From Sphingomonadales bacterium (GTDB taxonomy: Bacteria > Pseudomonadota > Alphaproteobacteria > Sphingomonadales > Sphingomonadaceae), in assembly GCA_038325045.1 (NCBI GenBank), contig JBBQIP010000001.1, positions 4,200-68,199 of the forward strand: a DNA stretch of 64,000 nt, written 5' to 3'. Under the pieces are notes generated by a model. It was not told where the DNA came from. It did no database searches and was given only the letters and a program-made list of their open reading frames with translations. The position numbers and the translations under genes are program-made. Of this stretch, positions 26,139 to 36,597 are shown in pieces; within the stretch, counting starts at the first letter, position 1, and every line of letters starts with the position of its first letter.

Positions 26139-26930
26139 ATGCAGACGCTTCCCATCTTCCTCACCATCACCGGCCGGGCGGTCATTCTTCTGGGCAGCGG
26201 GGAGCCGGCGGCGGCCAAGGCGCGGCTGGTGGAGGCCGCCGGCGGCCGGCTGGTGGGAGAGGATGCCGGCGATGCGATGCTGGCGTTCGTGGCGCTGGAG
26301 GATGAGGGGGAGGCAGTGGCGGCAGCGGCGCGGCTGCGCGGGCGTGGCCTGCTGGTGAATGTGGTGGACCGGCCGGCGCGTTCGGATTTTCTGATGGGGG
26401 CGGTGATCGACCGGTCGCCGGTGGTGGTGGCGGTATCCACCGGCGGGGCTTCGGCCAGCCTTTCGCGCGCGCTGCGCGGCCGGCTGGAGGCACTGCTGCC
26501 GGCCTCGCTCGGCCCGCTGGCGGCAGCGATTGGCGCTGCCCGGCGCGCGGCGAGCGCGGCACACCCCGGCGTGGACGCGCGCCGGCGGCTGTGGGAGCGG
26601 GCGCTGGCCGAGCATGGCCCGCTCGATCCGCTGCGGCGCATCGAGAATGCACCCGAGGCGGTGGCGGCGGCGGTGGCGGGGGACAGCGCGGCGGTGCGCG
26701 CGGTGCAGCGCATTGTGGTGGCGAGCGAGGATCCGGGCGAGCTTACGCTCAACCAGCTGGGCTGGCTGGGGCGCTGCGATGCGCTGCTGGTGGAAGGGCC
26801 GGTGGCGCCCGCGATCATCGGCCGGGCGCGGCGCGATGCGGTGCGGATTGAGGCGCTGGCAGACGCGCCGGCGGACGGGCTGACGGTGGTTCTGTGCAGC
26901 GCTCAGGCGATCAGCTCGGTATCCCAATAG
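26139..26930 (+). CDS. Siroheme synthase N-terminal module (precorrin-2 dehydrogenase/ferrochelatase) with a truncated methyltransferase remnant
   Basis: LPIFL, AAAKARL, LVNVVDRP, AVIDRSPVVVAVSTGGAS; C-terminal DPGELTL...ARRDAVRI remnant. Confidence 0.82.
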   Translation: MQTLPIFLTITGRAVILLGSGEPAAAKARLVEAAGGRLVGEDAGDAMLAFVALEDEGEAVAAAARLRGRGLLVNVVDRPARSDFLMGAVIDRSPVVVAVSTGGASASLSRALRGRLEALLPASLGPLAAAIGAARRAASAAHPGVDARRRLWERALAEHGPLDPLRRIENAPEAVAAAVAGDSAAVRAVQRIVVASEDPGELTLNQLGWLGRCDALLVEGPVAPAIIGRARRDAVRIEALADAPADGLTVVLCSAQAISSVSQ

Positions 26931-27469
26931 AGATAATCGCGCCACGTGGCGTGCAGGTAATGCGGGGGGAAGGCGCGGCCGTTTTCCTGCAACTGATGAG
27001 TGCTCGGCTGGCCGGGGCGCGAGTGCAGCTGCATATGCGCCTCCGCCGGTGTGCGGCCGCCCTTCTTCAGGGTGCACGGCGCGCACGCCGTGGTCACGTT
27101 GGACCAGGTGGTCCGGCCGCCATAGGCGCGCGGCACCACATGATCGAAGGTGAGATCATGGCTTGCGGTGCAATATTGGCAGCTGAACTTGTCGCGCAGG
27201 AACAGGTTGAACCGGGTGAAGGCCGGGTGGCTGGCGGGGCGCACATATTGCCTGAGCGCAATCACGCTGGGCAGCTTCATCTCGAAGCTGGGGCTGCGGA
27301 TCACCCGGTCATATTCGGCGATGATATCCACGCGCTCGAGGAACGCCGCCTTGATCGCGGTCTGCCACGACCAGAGCGACAGCGGATAATAGGAAAGCGG
27401 GGTATAATCGGCGTTGAGCACCAAAGCGGGGCAGGCATCGGGCGGCGACAGAATATCGGGATGATACAT
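26903..27469 (-). CDS. HNH endonuclease family protein
   Basis: ALVLNADYTPLSYYPLSLW, FLRD-F-CQYC, LTFDHVVP, W-NVTTAC--C; convergent 28-bp overlap with the siroheme gene. Confidence 0.9.
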   Translation of the reverse strand: MYHPDILSPPDACPALVLNADYTPLSYYPLSLWSWQTAIKAAFLERVDIIAEYDRVIRSPSFEMKLPSVIALRQYVRPASHPAFTRFNLFLRDKFSCQYCTASHDLTFDHVVPRAYGGRTTWSNVTTACAPCTLKKGGRTPAEAHMQLHSRPGQPSTHQLQENGRAFPPHYLHATWRDYLYWDTELIA

Positions 27470-27591
27470 GAGCCAGCCGTCTCCCTCAGCAAGGAAGCGT
27501 CGCCAACCACAGGCCCTGTCGCACGCAAGGCCGTTGCAGGCGGCCGTTTCCGTGGTTTGGGCGGATATACAACAGTTCGTGTGTCAGGCAA

Positions 27592-28443
27592 ATGACAACA
27601 CCGGATATGGTTGCCGATTTCCCTCTCGTTACCCGCTTTGCGCCCTCACCGACGGGCTTGCTGCACCTTGGCCATGCGCTGTCGGCTATGCTGGGCTGGC
27701 GGCTGGCGCGGGCGGGCGGCGGCCGCTGGCTGGTGCGGATGGAGGATATCGACACCGCGCGCTGCCGGCCGGAACATGAGGCTGCGATTCTGGAGGACCT
27801 CGCCTGGCTGGGGCTGGCGCCGGACGGCCCGGTGTGGCGGCAAAGCGAGCGGGCAGAGGCCTATGGGGCCGCGCTGGACAAGCTGCGGGCGCTGGGGCTG
27901 ATTTATGCCTGCCAGTGCACCCGGGGGGACATTGCCGCTGCCGCTGCCGCCCCGCATGGTCCGGAAGGCCCGCTCTACCCCGGCACCTGCCGGTCGCTGG
28001 GGCTGGTGGAGGGCGCATGGCGGATAGACGCCGCGCGTGCCGCTGCTATTGCAGGGCCGCTCTTCAGGCACGACAGAACCGGCAGCACGCGCGGCGTCGA
28101 TCCGCTGGCGCTCGGGGATTTTGTGGTGGCGCGGCGGGGTCTCGGCACATCCTATCATCTGGCGGTGGTGGTGGACGATGCAGCGCAGGGTGTGAGCCTG
28201 GTGGTGCGCGGCGAGGATCTGGACGAGGCGACCCATGCGCAGCGGCTGTTGCAGGCCGTGCTCGGCCTGCCAGCGCCGCGCTACCTGCACCATCCACTAC
28301 TGTGCGGAGCCGATGGAAAACGGCTCGCCAAGCGCGACGCCAGTGCCTCGCTGGCGGCGCTGCGGGCGGCCGGAATGACCGCCGAAGCCTGCCGCGCCCA
28401 GCTTGACGAATCGCTTGTTGCCTATGGGTTTCGATTTAGTTAG
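27592..28443 (+). CDS. gluQ: Glutamyl-Q tRNA(Asp) synthetase
   Basis: TRFAPSPTGLLHLGH, RMEDID, YACQCTR, YHLAVVVDDAAQGV, RGEDL, KRLAKR; lacks an anticodon domain. Confidence 0.9.
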   Translation: MTTPDMVADFPLVTRFAPSPTGLLHLGHALSAMLGWRLARAGGGRWLVRMEDIDTARCRPEHEAAILEDLAWLGLAPDGPVWRQSERAEAYGAALDKLRALGLIYACQCTRGDIAAAAAAPHGPEGPLYPGTCRSLGLVEGAWRIDAARAAAIAGPLFRHDRTGSTRGVDPLALGDFVVARRGLGTSYHLAVVVDDAAQGVSLVVRGEDLDEATHAQRLLQAVLGLPAPRYLHHPLLCGADGKRLAKRDASASLAALRAAGMTAEACRAQLDESLVAYGFRFS

Positions 28444-28502
28444 GCGCGCAGTTGAGCCAGCGCTGGGCGGGCTGTCATCTTGGTGCGAAACGGGGGTTTT
28501 TC

Positions 28503-29324
28503 ATGCGGTTGGGGTGGTTGCCGGCGGTTGCCGGCCTGTTGATGCTGGCGGCCCCGGCGGCGGCCGCAAGCCGCTTCAATGTCTATCTGCAGGGCGAGCT
28601 TGTCGGCCCGTCGGGACCGGGCATGCCAGTCTCGGGCTTTCCGCTGAGCACTGGCGCCACGCTGCAGGCAAGCTGGGACATTGATCTGAACAATGCGGTG
28701 CGCTCACCGCTGCCGCTGCTGGGCGGCGTCGGCGGCAATGCCGTTTTTGCCGGCGCGGTAAGCAACGGGATCATTTCGATTGCGGACAGTGCGGCGATCG
28801 TGCTGCTGTTCCAGCGCGCCGACAGCGAAGGCAATATCTTCGCAATCGACAATGGCAATAATTCCCCCACGAACCCGAATGTCCGCCTCGATCAGCTGGC
28901 GATCGCCGATGGCCAGCGGTTTGCCGATGGCATGCTGCTGCCGGCGTATGACATTGTGCCTGTGCTGGGGTCGTTCGGGCCCGATATCTATTTGAGCAGC
29001 GTGGTGTTCGGCCGCTCGCAGACCTTCTCGGACGGCAGCAGCCCGATGCTCCTCGACACTGTGGAGACGATCGACCCGTTTTCGGTCTGGGCGGATACCG
29101 GTGCGCCTTATACGGTTGGGCTGACCTTCCGGCAGGGCACGCCGACAACGCTCGCCGAAGCATCACAGCTGCCCATCAGCCGTTACAGCCTGCGCAATGT
29201 GTTCGTGCAGCTTACCCCGTTCAGCGCGGTGCCCGAGCCCGGAAGCTGGGCCATGCTGATCGCCGGCTTTGGCCTGGTGGGCGCAGCAGCGCGGCGGCGG
29301 CGCGCCGGAGCGGCTGCGGCATAA
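28503..29324 (+). CDS. PEPxxWA-CTERM surface protein
   Basis: Signal peptide and C-terminal VPEPGSWAMLIAGFGLVGAAARRRR. Confidence 0.9.
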   Translation: MRLGWLPAVAGLLMLAAPAAAASRFNVYLQGELVGPSGPGMPVSGFPLSTGATLQASWDIDLNNAVRSPLPLLGGVGGNAVFAGAVSNGIISIADSAAIVLLFQRADSEGNIFAIDNGNNSPTNPNVRLDQLAIADGQRFADGMLLPAYDIVPVLGSFGPDIYLSSVVFGRSQTFSDGSSPMLLDTVETIDPFSVWADTGAPYTVGLTFRQGTPTTLAEASQLPISRYSLRNVFVQLTPFSAVPEPGSWAMLIAGFGLVGAAARRRRAGAAAA

Positions 29325-29381
29325 GCGGGGCGCCAGCCTTTTTCCTTGGCCGGGCCGGGCGGCTCGGGCTAAGGAAGGCGG

Positions 29382-29582
29382 ATGCAGGCGGCTCTCATCA
29401 TCCTCATGGTCCTTGCGGCCATTGCCACCCTCACCGTGCTGGCGCGGGGCATCATCATCATGGCGCGCGGCAAGGATGTGGGCGGCAAGCGCTCCAACCT
29501 GATGATGAGCTACCGGGTGGGCTTCCAGGCGCTGGCGATCCTGTTCATCGTCATCCTGTTCCTGGTCAATCGCCAGGGTTGA
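29382..29582 (+). CDS. Twin-transmembrane-helix small protein (HIG1-like)
   Basis: LARGI...SNLMMSYRVGFQALAI. Confidence 0.85.
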   Translation: MQAALIILMVLAAIATLTVLARGIIIMARGKDVGGKRSNLMMSYRVGFQALAILFIVILFLVNRQG

Positions 29583-29591
29583 TAGTGCGCG

Positions 29592-30143
29592 GTGGTACGG
29601 CTCAACCGCATTTACACTCGCACCGGCGATGATGGCACCACCGGGCTGGTCGATGGCTCGCGCCGATCGAAGGCCGATGCGCGGCTGCAGGTTGTTGGGA
29701 GCGTGGACGAGCTGAACGCCGCAATCGGCATGGCGCGGCTGCACGCCGGCCCGCTGGAGCCGGCGCTGGCCCGCATCCAGAACGACCTTTTCGATCTCGG
29801 GGCCGATCTTGCCACCCCGGGCGTGATCGAGGGTGCGCTCAGGATCATCGAGACGCAGGTGGAACGGCTGGAGGCGGAGATCGACGCCGCCACGGCAGAG
29901 CTTGCGCCGCTGACCAGCTTCATCCTGCCCGCTGGCACATCGACTGCGACCGCCCTTCACCTCGCGCGCACCATCTGCCGCCGGGCCGAGCGGGACGGTG
30001 TGGCAGCGGTGGCGGCAGGCGAGGAACTTTCCGGCCCCGCGATGCGTTACATCAACCGGCTGTCGGACCTGTTGTTCGTGCTCGCCCGGCTGGCCAACCG
30101 GGCGCAGGGGGACGTGCTGTGGGTACCGGGCGCCAACCGCTGA
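29592..30143 (+). CDS. Cob(I)alamin adenosyltransferase, PduO type
   Basis: LNRIYTRTGDDGTTGL, DELNAAIG, QNDLFDLGADL, FILPAG, RRAER, INRLSD. Confidence 0.92.
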   Translation: MVRLNRIYTRTGDDGTTGLVDGSRRSKADARLQVVGSVDELNAAIGMARLHAGPLEPALARIQNDLFDLGADLATPGVIEGALRIIETQVERLEAEIDAATAELAPLTSFILPAGTSTATALHLARTICRRAERDGVAAVAAGEELSGPAMRYINRLSDLLFVLARLANRAQGDVLWVPGANR

Positions 30144-30171
30144 GTGGCGGGCGCAGGAACGGAGAGCAACA

Positions 30172-31419
30172 ATGGCAACCCCGCAGTTGATGCCACAAGC
30201 CGGCACCCGCGAGGCGCTGCTGGCGCTTTTCCAGAGCGTGCGGGCGATGAGCGTGGCGCTGGCCGGGCCATTGTCCGATGCAGATGCCAGCGCGCAATCG
30301 ATGCCCGATGCGTCGCCCGCCAAATGGCATCTGGCGCACACCAGCTGGTTTTTCGAAAGTTTCGTGCTCGAGAGCGTGGGCGGCTACCGGCCGTTCGACC
30401 CGCGCTTCGCCTATCTGTTCAACAGCTATTACGAGGCCAAGGGCGCGCGGCTGGCGCGGGCCGAGCGTGGTATGCTCACAAGGCCCAGCCTCTCGGAAAT
30501 CCTGGCGTGGCGCGCACATGTGGATGCGGCGGTGCTGCGGCTGGCCGATGCGCTGCCGCCCGAACGGCTGGCGCTGCTGGAGCTGGGCTGCCACCATGAA
30601 ATGCAGCACCAGGAGCTGCTGCTGACCGACATATTGGACCTGATGGCGCGCAACCGGCTGGAGCCGGCGCTGTGGCCGGCGCTGCCGCCGGCGGGCAAGC
30701 GGGCGGAGCCGGGCTGGACCGCGCACGCCGGCGGCATCTGCGCGGTTGGCCATCAGGGGCCGGGGTTCGGCTTTGATTGCGAGGGGCCGGCGCATCAGGT
30801 GCTGCTGCAGCCCTATCTGCTGTCGGACACGCTGGTGAGCAATGCCGATTGGGCGGATTTCATTGCCGATAATGGCTATGCCAAGCCCGCGCTCTGGCTT
30901 TCGGACGGTTGGGCATGGCAGCAGCAGAACGCGGTTGCAGCGCCTGCGCACTGGCAGGCCGAAGAGGGCTGGTGGAGCAGCTTCGGCCTCGCCGGCCGCC
31001 AGCCGCTCGACCGCCAAGCACCGGTAACCCATATCAGCTTTTACGAGGCCGATGCCTATGCCAGCTGGGCCGGCGCCCGGCTGCCCACCGAAGCGGAATG
31101 GGAAGTGGCGGCGGCCAGCCACGACCCCGCCGGCGGCAACCAGCTGGACCGCGCCGGGCCGGCAGCACCCCAGGGCCGCGCCGGGCTGTTCGGGGATTGC
31201 TGGCAATGGACCGCCAGCGCCTTTCGCCCGCACCCCGGCTTCCGTGCGGCTGTTGGTGCTGTGGGCGAATATAACGGCAAGTTCATGAGCGGGCAGATGG
31301 TGCTGAAGGGTGCCAGCTGTGCAACGCCGCGCGGCAGCAGCCGGGCCAGCACCCGCAACTTCTTTCCCCCCCATGCGCGGTGGCAGTTCTCCGGGCTGCG
31401 GCTCGCGCGCGATGCATGA
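30172..31419 (+). CDS. egtB: Ergothioneine sulfoxide synthase
   Basis: QSMPDASPAKWHLAH, FNSYY, HEMQHQELLLTD, FGE-sulfatase-like C-terminus, RNFF...WQFSGLRLA; adjacent to egtD. Confidence 0.93.
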   Translation: MATPQLMPQAGTREALLALFQSVRAMSVALAGPLSDADASAQSMPDASPAKWHLAHTSWFFESFVLESVGGYRPFDPRFAYLFNSYYEAKGARLARAERGMLTRPSLSEILAWRAHVDAAVLRLADALPPERLALLELGCHHEMQHQELLLTDILDLMARNRLEPALWPALPPAGKRAEPGWTAHAGGICAVGHQGPGFGFDCEGPAHQVLLQPYLLSDTLVSNADWADFIADNGYAKPALWLSDGWAWQQQNAVAAPAHWQAEEGWWSSFGLAGRQPLDRQAPVTHISFYEADAYASWAGARLPTEAEWEVAAASHDPAGGNQLDRAGPAAPQGRAGLFGDCWQWTASAFRPHPGFRAAVGAVGEYNGKFMSGQMVLKGASCATPRGSSRASTRNFFPPHARWQFSGLRLARDA

Positions 31420-31428
31420 GGAGCCCCC

Positions 31429-32391
31429 ATGGCCGATCTGGACGATGATGCCGCCACCCGGGCCTTTGCCCATGATGTGCGGGCCGGGCTTTCGCAGCCG
31501 CAAAAGCTGATCCCTGCGCGCTGGTTTTATGACCGGCGCGGCTCGGCTCTGTTCGAGCAGATTACCGATCTGCCCGAATATTACCCCACCCGCACCGAAG
31601 TGGCGCTGCTGGCGGCTTCTGCAGGCGCGATAGCGGCGGCCGTGGGGCCGGGCCGCACGGTTGTGGAGTTCGGCTCGGGCTCGTCCGCCAAGACGCCCTT
31701 GCTGCTGGAGGCGGTGGCGCCGGCGGCCTATGTGCCCATCGATATTTCGGCCGACTGGCTTTTCGAGGCGGCGGCAGCGCTGGGGACACGGTTTCCGGGG
31801 CTGGCGGTGCACCCGCTGGCCGGGGATTTCACCGGTGCGCTGGCGCTGCCCGCAGCAGTGGCGGGGACGCCGCGGCTGGGCTTCTTCCCCGGCTCCACCA
31901 TCGGCAATCTGGCGCCGGCGCCGGCGGTGGATCTGCTCCGGCGGTTCGCGGCGCTGCTGGGCGCGGGTAGCTGGCTTCTGATCGGTTTTGACCTGGCCAA
32001 GGATGTGGCGGTGCTGGAGGCTGCCTATGACGATGCCGCAGGCGTTACCGCAGACTTCAACCTGAACCTTGCCGCCCGGATAAACCGCGAGCTTGGCGGC
32101 AGTATCGATACCAGCCGGCTGCGGCATCTGGCGCGCTGGAACCCCGCCGCCAGCCGGATCGAGATGCACCTGGAAGCGACCCGGGCCCAGCAGTTCGAGG
32201 CCGCAGGCGGCCGGTTCAGCCTTGAGGCGGGCGAGACCATCCATACCGAGAACAGCCACAAATGGTCACTGCCGGCGATAAAGCTGATGGCGGAGGCGAG
32301 CGGCTGGACGCCCGAAGCCAGCTTCGAGGATGCGCAGGGATGGTTCAGCCTGCAGCTGTGGCGCTGGGCCGGCGCGCGGCTGGAGCCCTGA
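31429..32391 (+). CDS. egtD: Histidine N-alpha-methyltransferase
   Basis: WFYDRRGSALFEQITDLPEYYPTRTE, EFGSGSS-KT, GSTIGN, YDDAAGVTA-FN-N, IHTENSHK. Confidence 0.95.
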   Translation: MADLDDDAATRAFAHDVRAGLSQPQKLIPARWFYDRRGSALFEQITDLPEYYPTRTEVALLAASAGAIAAAVGPGRTVVEFGSGSSAKTPLLLEAVAPAAYVPIDISADWLFEAAAALGTRFPGLAVHPLAGDFTGALALPAAVAGTPRLGFFPGSTIGNLAPAPAVDLLRRFAALLGAGSWLLIGFDLAKDVAVLEAAYDDAAGVTADFNLNLAARINRELGGSIDTSRLRHLARWNPAASRIEMHLEATRAQQFEAAGGRFSLEAGETIHTENSHKWSLPAIKLMAEASGWTPEASFEDAQGWFSLQLWRWAGARLEP

Positions 32392-32487
32392 GGCGCGCCC
32401 CCTCCCCGCGCGGTTGGGGGTGGTTGACGGGGCGCGGCGCATCCGCCAAGCCACTCGCCTTGGTTTAACAGCGGTTCGGAGCTGGCG

Positions 32488-33237
32488 ATGAAGGTTCTGG
32501 TGCCCGTAAAACGGGTGGTCGATTACAATGTGAAGGTGCGGGTAAAGCCCGATGGCTCGGGCGTCGACCTCGCCAATGTGAAGATGAGCATGAACCCCTT
32601 TGACGAGATTGCCGTGGAAGAGGCGATCCGGCTGAAGGAAAAGGGTGTGGTGACCGAGATCGTGGTGGTCTCGGTGGGTGTGCAGCAGGCGACAGAAACC
32701 ATTCGCACCGCGCTCGCCATGGGCGCCGACCGGGGCATATTGGTAGTGACCGAGGGGCCGACCGAGTCGCTCGGCGTGGCCAAGCTGCTGGCGAAGATCG
32801 TGGAGGAGGAGCCGCCCGGGTTGGTCATCCTCGGCAAGCAGGCGATCGATGATGATGCCAACCAGACCGGGCAGATGCTGGCCGGCCTGCTGGGCTGGCC
32901 GCAGGGCACCTTCGCCAGCAAGGTGGCGCCCGATGGTGCCGTGGTGCACGTGACCCGCGAAGTGGACGGCGGGCTGGAGACAGTGGCGCTGACGCTGCCA
33001 GCGGTAGTGACCACCGATCTCAGGTTGAACGAGCCGCGCTATGCCTCGCTCCCCAACATTATGAAGGCCAAGTCCAAGCCGATCGCGGCCAAGACCCCGG
33101 CCGATTACGGGGTGGACGTGACCCCCAGGCTCGCGGTGCTGAAGGTGGTGGAGCCGGCCAAGCGCCAGGCCGGCATCAAGGTGAAGACGGTGGACGAGCT
33201 GGTCGAGAAGCTGAAGGCGATGGGAGCTGTGGCATGA
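32488..33237 (+). CDS. etfB: Electron transfer flavoprotein beta subunit
   Basis: [53 protein letters not shown]. Confidence 0.96.
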   Translation: MKVLVPVKRVVDYNVKVRVKPDGSGVDLANVKMSMNPFDEIAVEEAIRLKEKGVVTEIVVVSVGVQQATETIRTALAMGADRGILVVTEGPTESLGVAKLLAKIVEEEPPGLVILGKQAIDDDANQTGQMLAGLLGWPQGTFASKVAPDGAVVHVTREVDGGLETVALTLPAVVTTDLRLNEPRYASLPNIMKAKSKPIAAKTPADYGVDVTPRLAVLKVVEPAKRQAGIKVKTVDELVEKLKAMGAVA

Positions 33238-34166
33238 GCGTTCTGGTTCTGGCCGAGCATGACAATGCGCATCTGAAGGATGCAACGCTGGCGGCGGTGA
33301 CTGCGGCCGGCCAGCTGGGCGGCGATGTGCACCTGCTGGTGGCGGGCAGCGGCTCCGCCACGGTAGCCAGCGAGGCGGCGGCGGTTGCCGGTGTGGCCAA
33401 GGTGCTGCACGCCGATGACCCGGCCTATGCCCATGCGCTGCCGGAAAATCTGGCGCCGCTCATTGTGGGGCTGATGGCCGGCTATGATGCGTTTGTGGCG
33501 CCCGCCACCACGCGCGGCAAGAATGTGGCGCCGCGGGTGGCAGCGCATCTCGATGTGGCGCAGGTCTCCGACATTCTTTCGGTGGAGGGGCCTGATACCT
33601 TCACCCGGCCGATCTATGCCGGCAATGCGATCGCCACCGTGAAGAGCGCGGATGCCAAGAAGGTGATCACCGTGCGCGGCACTGCCTTTGCCAAGGCGGC
33701 GACCAGCGGCGGCAGCGCCAGCGTGGAGAGCGTGGGCGCCGGGGCGACATCGGACCGGGCGGCGTTTGAAAATGCCGAGCTTACCTCCTCGGCACGGCCG
33801 GAGCTGACGGCTGCCAAGATCATCGTTTCGGGCGGCCGGGCGCTGGGGTCTTCCGAGAAGTTCCACGAATATATCGATCCGTTGGCCGACAAGCTGGGCG
33901 CAGCGGTGGGCGCCAGCCGGGCGGCGGTCGATTCGGGCTATGCGCCCAATGATTATCAGGTGGGCCAGACCGGCAAGATCGTGGCGCCGGAGCTTTACAT
34001 GGCGATCGGCATTTCGGGCGCCATCCAGCATCTGGCGGGGATGAAGGATTCGAAAATCATCGTCGCCATCAACAAGGATGAGGAAGCGCCGATTTTCCAG
34101 GTTGCCGATCTGGGGCTGGTGGGCGACCTGTTTACGCTGGTGCCGGAGCTTACCGGCAAGCTATAA
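33234..34166 (+). CDS. etfA: Electron transfer flavoprotein alpha subunit
   Basis: [39 protein letters not shown]. Confidence 0.96.
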   Translation: MSVLVLAEHDNAHLKDATLAAVTAAGQLGGDVHLLVAGSGSATVASEAAAVAGVAKVLHADDPAYAHALPENLAPLIVGLMAGYDAFVAPATTRGKNVAPRVAAHLDVAQVSDILSVEGPDTFTRPIYAGNAIATVKSADAKKVITVRGTAFAKAATSGGSASVESVGAGATSDRAAFENAELTSSARPELTAAKIIVSGGRALGSSEKFHEYIDPLADKLGAAVGASRAAVDSGYAPNDYQVGQTGKIVAPELYMAIGISGAIQHLAGMKDSKIIVAINKDEEAPIFQVADLGLVGDLFTLVPELTGKL

Positions 34167-34192
34167 GGCGGTAGCACGGAAGGGGAGGACTG

Positions 34193-34666
34193 ATGATGCG
34201 GTTTATGACAGGAATTTTGCTGGCGGCGGCGATTGCGGCACCGGCAGCGGCACAGATGGTTTCCAACAAGCCGGTGCTCACGCTTGAAGGCGCGCGCGCA
34301 GCGACCGCAGCCGCGGAAGCCAAGGCGAAGGCGATGGGGCTGAAGGTTACCATCGTGGTGGTTGATCCATCCGGCGTGCCGATCATGATGCAGCGGATGG
34401 ACGAAGCCTCGCTGGTCGGCCCCGATATTGCGCTTGCCAAGGCGCGCACGGCCGCCGGCTTTCGCAGCGCCACCGGCATTTTGCAGCAGCGGCTGCTCGA
34501 ACCGGAAGGTGCGCGCTACCTGACCATTCCCGGCTTTGTGGGCGTGGACGGCGGGGTTCCGGTCAAGTCCGGCGCCGCCGTGGTGGGAGCGGTTGGCGTG
34601 AGCGGCGCCTCTTCCGCGCAGGACGGCGAGATTGCCACGGCCGGGTCAGCTGCTGTTACCCGCTGA
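34193..34666 (+). CDS. GlcG/HbpS family heme-binding protein, secreted
   Basis: Signal peptide; [30 protein letters not shown]...D-EIA. Confidence 0.85.
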   Translation: MMRFMTGILLAAAIAAPAAAQMVSNKPVLTLEGARAATAAAEAKAKAMGLKVTIVVVDPSGVPIMMQRMDEASLVGPDIALAKARTAAGFRSATGILQQRLLEPEGARYLTIPGFVGVDGGVPVKSGAAVVGAVGVSGASSAQDGEIATAGSAAVTR

Positions 34667-34691
34667 ACGGGCGTAGCAGCCGGCACGCTGT

Positions 34692-35591
34692 TCAGGCTCT
34701 GACCAGCGTGCCGGCGCCGCGCCGGGTGAAGATTTCCAGCAGCATGGCGTGCGGAATGCGGCCATCGAGGATGACGGCGGCATCCACGCCGGCCTCGACC
34801 GCATGGACACAGGTTTCCAGCTTGGGAATCATGCCACCGCTGATCGTGCCATCTTCGGTGAGTGCAGCCACCATGGCGGGGGTGAGATCGGAGAGCAGCG
34901 CCTTGTCCTTGCCCAGCACGCCCGGCACATCGGTGAGCAGGAAAAGCCGGGATGCGCCCAGGGCGGCGGCGATATGGCCGGCCATGGTATCGGCGTTGAT
35001 GTTATAGGTATGGCCGTCGCTGCCGATGCCAACTGGCGCGATGACCGGCACGATATTGGCGGCAAGCAACGTGTCGATGATGGTGCGGTCGATGCTTTCC
35101 GGCTCGCCCACAAAGCCTAGGTCCACCACCTGCTCGATAGCGCTGCCGGGGTCGCGGACGGTGCGGGTGACCTTGCGGGCGCGGACCAGCCCTGCGTCCT
35201 TGCCCGAAATGCCGGCCGCGCGGCCGCCGGCGGCCTCGATCCAGCCGACCAGTTCCTTGTTGATGGAGCCGGCGAGCACCATTTCGGCAATCCGCGCGGT
35301 ATCCTCGCACGTCACCCGCAGGCCATCGACAAAGCGGCTTTCGATACCCAGCCGCTTCAGCATGGCGCCAATCTGCGGCCCGCCGCCGTGCACCACCACG
35401 GGCAGGATGCCGACCGCTTTCAAAAGCACGATATCCTCGGCAAAATCATGCGCCAGTTCGGCATTGCCCATGGCGTGGCCGCCGTATTTCACCACGAATA
35501 TCTTGCCGGCATAGCGCTGCAGATAGGGCAGCGCCTCGACCAGCGTTTCGGTCTTGGCGAGCATATCGGGGCTGGGGGCGTGGGCAGACAT
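34692..35591 (-). CDS. argB: Acetylglutamate kinase
   Basis: [38 protein letters not shown]. Confidence 0.96.
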   Translation of the reverse strand: MSAHAPSPDMLAKTETLVEALPYLQRYAGKIFVVKYGGHAMGNAELAHDFAEDIVLLKAVGILPVVVHGGGPQIGAMLKRLGIESRFVDGLRVTCEDTARIAEMVLAGSINKELVGWIEAAGGRAAGISGKDAGLVRARKVTRTVRDPGSAIEQVVDLGFVGEPESIDRTIIDTLLAANIVPVIAPVGIGSDGHTYNINADTMAGHIAAALGASRLFLLTDVPGVLGKDKALLSDLTPAMVAALTEDGTISGGMIPKLETCVHAVEAGVDAAVILDGRIPHAMLLEIFTRRGAGTLVRA

Positions 35592-35600
35592 GGCGCGCGC

Positions 35601-36464
35601 TTACCGGGTCGGCACCGGTTCTGCACCCGAATAATCATAAAAGCCCCGTCCGGTCTTCTTGCCGTACCAGCCGGCTTCCACATATTTCACCAGCAGCGGC
35701 GCCGGGCGGTATTTGGGGTCGCCGGTCGTATCCTGCATCACCCGCATGATCGAGAGCAGCGTATCGAGCCCCACGAAATCGGCGAGCGTCAGTGGCCCCA
35801 TGGGGTGGTTGGCGCCCAGCTTCAGCCCGGCATCGATATCGGTGACCGAGCCCACGCCTTCGCCCAGCGCGAAAATCGCCTCGTTGAGCATGGGGCAGAG
35901 CACGCGGTTGACGATAAACGCCGTGCTGTCCGCCGATTCGATGGCGGTCTTGCCCAGCCGGTCGGTGAAGCCGTGGATGGCGGCCTTGGTGCTGGCCGAG
36001 GTGGCGAGGCCGGGGATGATCTCCACCAGCGCCATCAGGGGTACGGGATTGAAGAAGTGCAGGCCGCAGAACCGGTCCGGCCGGTCGGTGGCGGCCGCAA
36101 GGCGGGTGATGGGAATGGAGGAGGTGTTGCTGGCCAGCAGCGCGTGCGGCGCGAGGCTGAGGCTCTGGAAGATCTTGGCCTTCACGCCCTCATTCTCGGT
36201 GGCGGCCTCGATCACCAGATCGGCGTCTGCGTGGGCGGCATTGTCGGTGGTCAGGCGGATGCGGGCGAGCGCTGCTTCAGCCTCCGCCTCGGTGACCGTG
36301 CCTTTGCTCACCATGCGGGCCATGTTCTTGCCGATGCTGGCGCGGCCGGCCTCGGCACGCTCGAGCGCGATGTCGGACAGGATGACCTTGTAGCCGGCGA
36401 GCGCCGCCACATGGGCAATGCCGCCCCCCATCAGGCCGCTGCCGATTACACCGATTGTTTCCAT
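35601..36464 (-). CDS. 3-hydroxybutyryl-CoA dehydrogenase
   Basis: [52 protein letters not shown]. Confidence 0.92.
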   Translation of the reverse strand: METIGVIGSGLMGGGIAHVAALAGYKVILSDIALERAEAGRASIGKNMARMVSKGTVTEAEAEAALARIRLTTDNAAHADADLVIEAATENEGVKAKIFQSLSLAPHALLASNTSSIPITRLAAATDRPDRFCGLHFFNPVPLMALVEIIPGLATSASTKAAIHGFTDRLGKTAIESADSTAFIVNRVLCPMLNEAIFALGEGVGSVTDIDAGLKLGANHPMGPLTLADFVGLDTLLSIMRVMQDTTGDPKYRPAPLLVKYVEAGWYGKKTGRGFYDYSGAEPVPTR

Positions 36465-36597
36465 GGCCGAATTCCTTTCGAGCCGCCGGTCTAGCGACGC
36501 CATGGGACGAAGGGAAGCGGGTGCGCCGCCTGCCCCGCCGGTTGCCCCTTTTCGCCTGGAAGGCTAGAGGGCGGCTATCAAGGCAGGGAGTAAGCCG

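Noticed and set aside
26903-27469. HNH gene as a defence or mobile element
   Set aside because: Host-like composition, housekeeping neighbours, no methyltransferase or mobility genes; the N-terminus matches a broadly conserved alphaproteobacterial type.
30172-31419. egtB homolog as a selenoneine synthase (SenA)
   Set aside because: It is paired with egtD, and no selD or SenB-type glycosyltransferase is adjacent.
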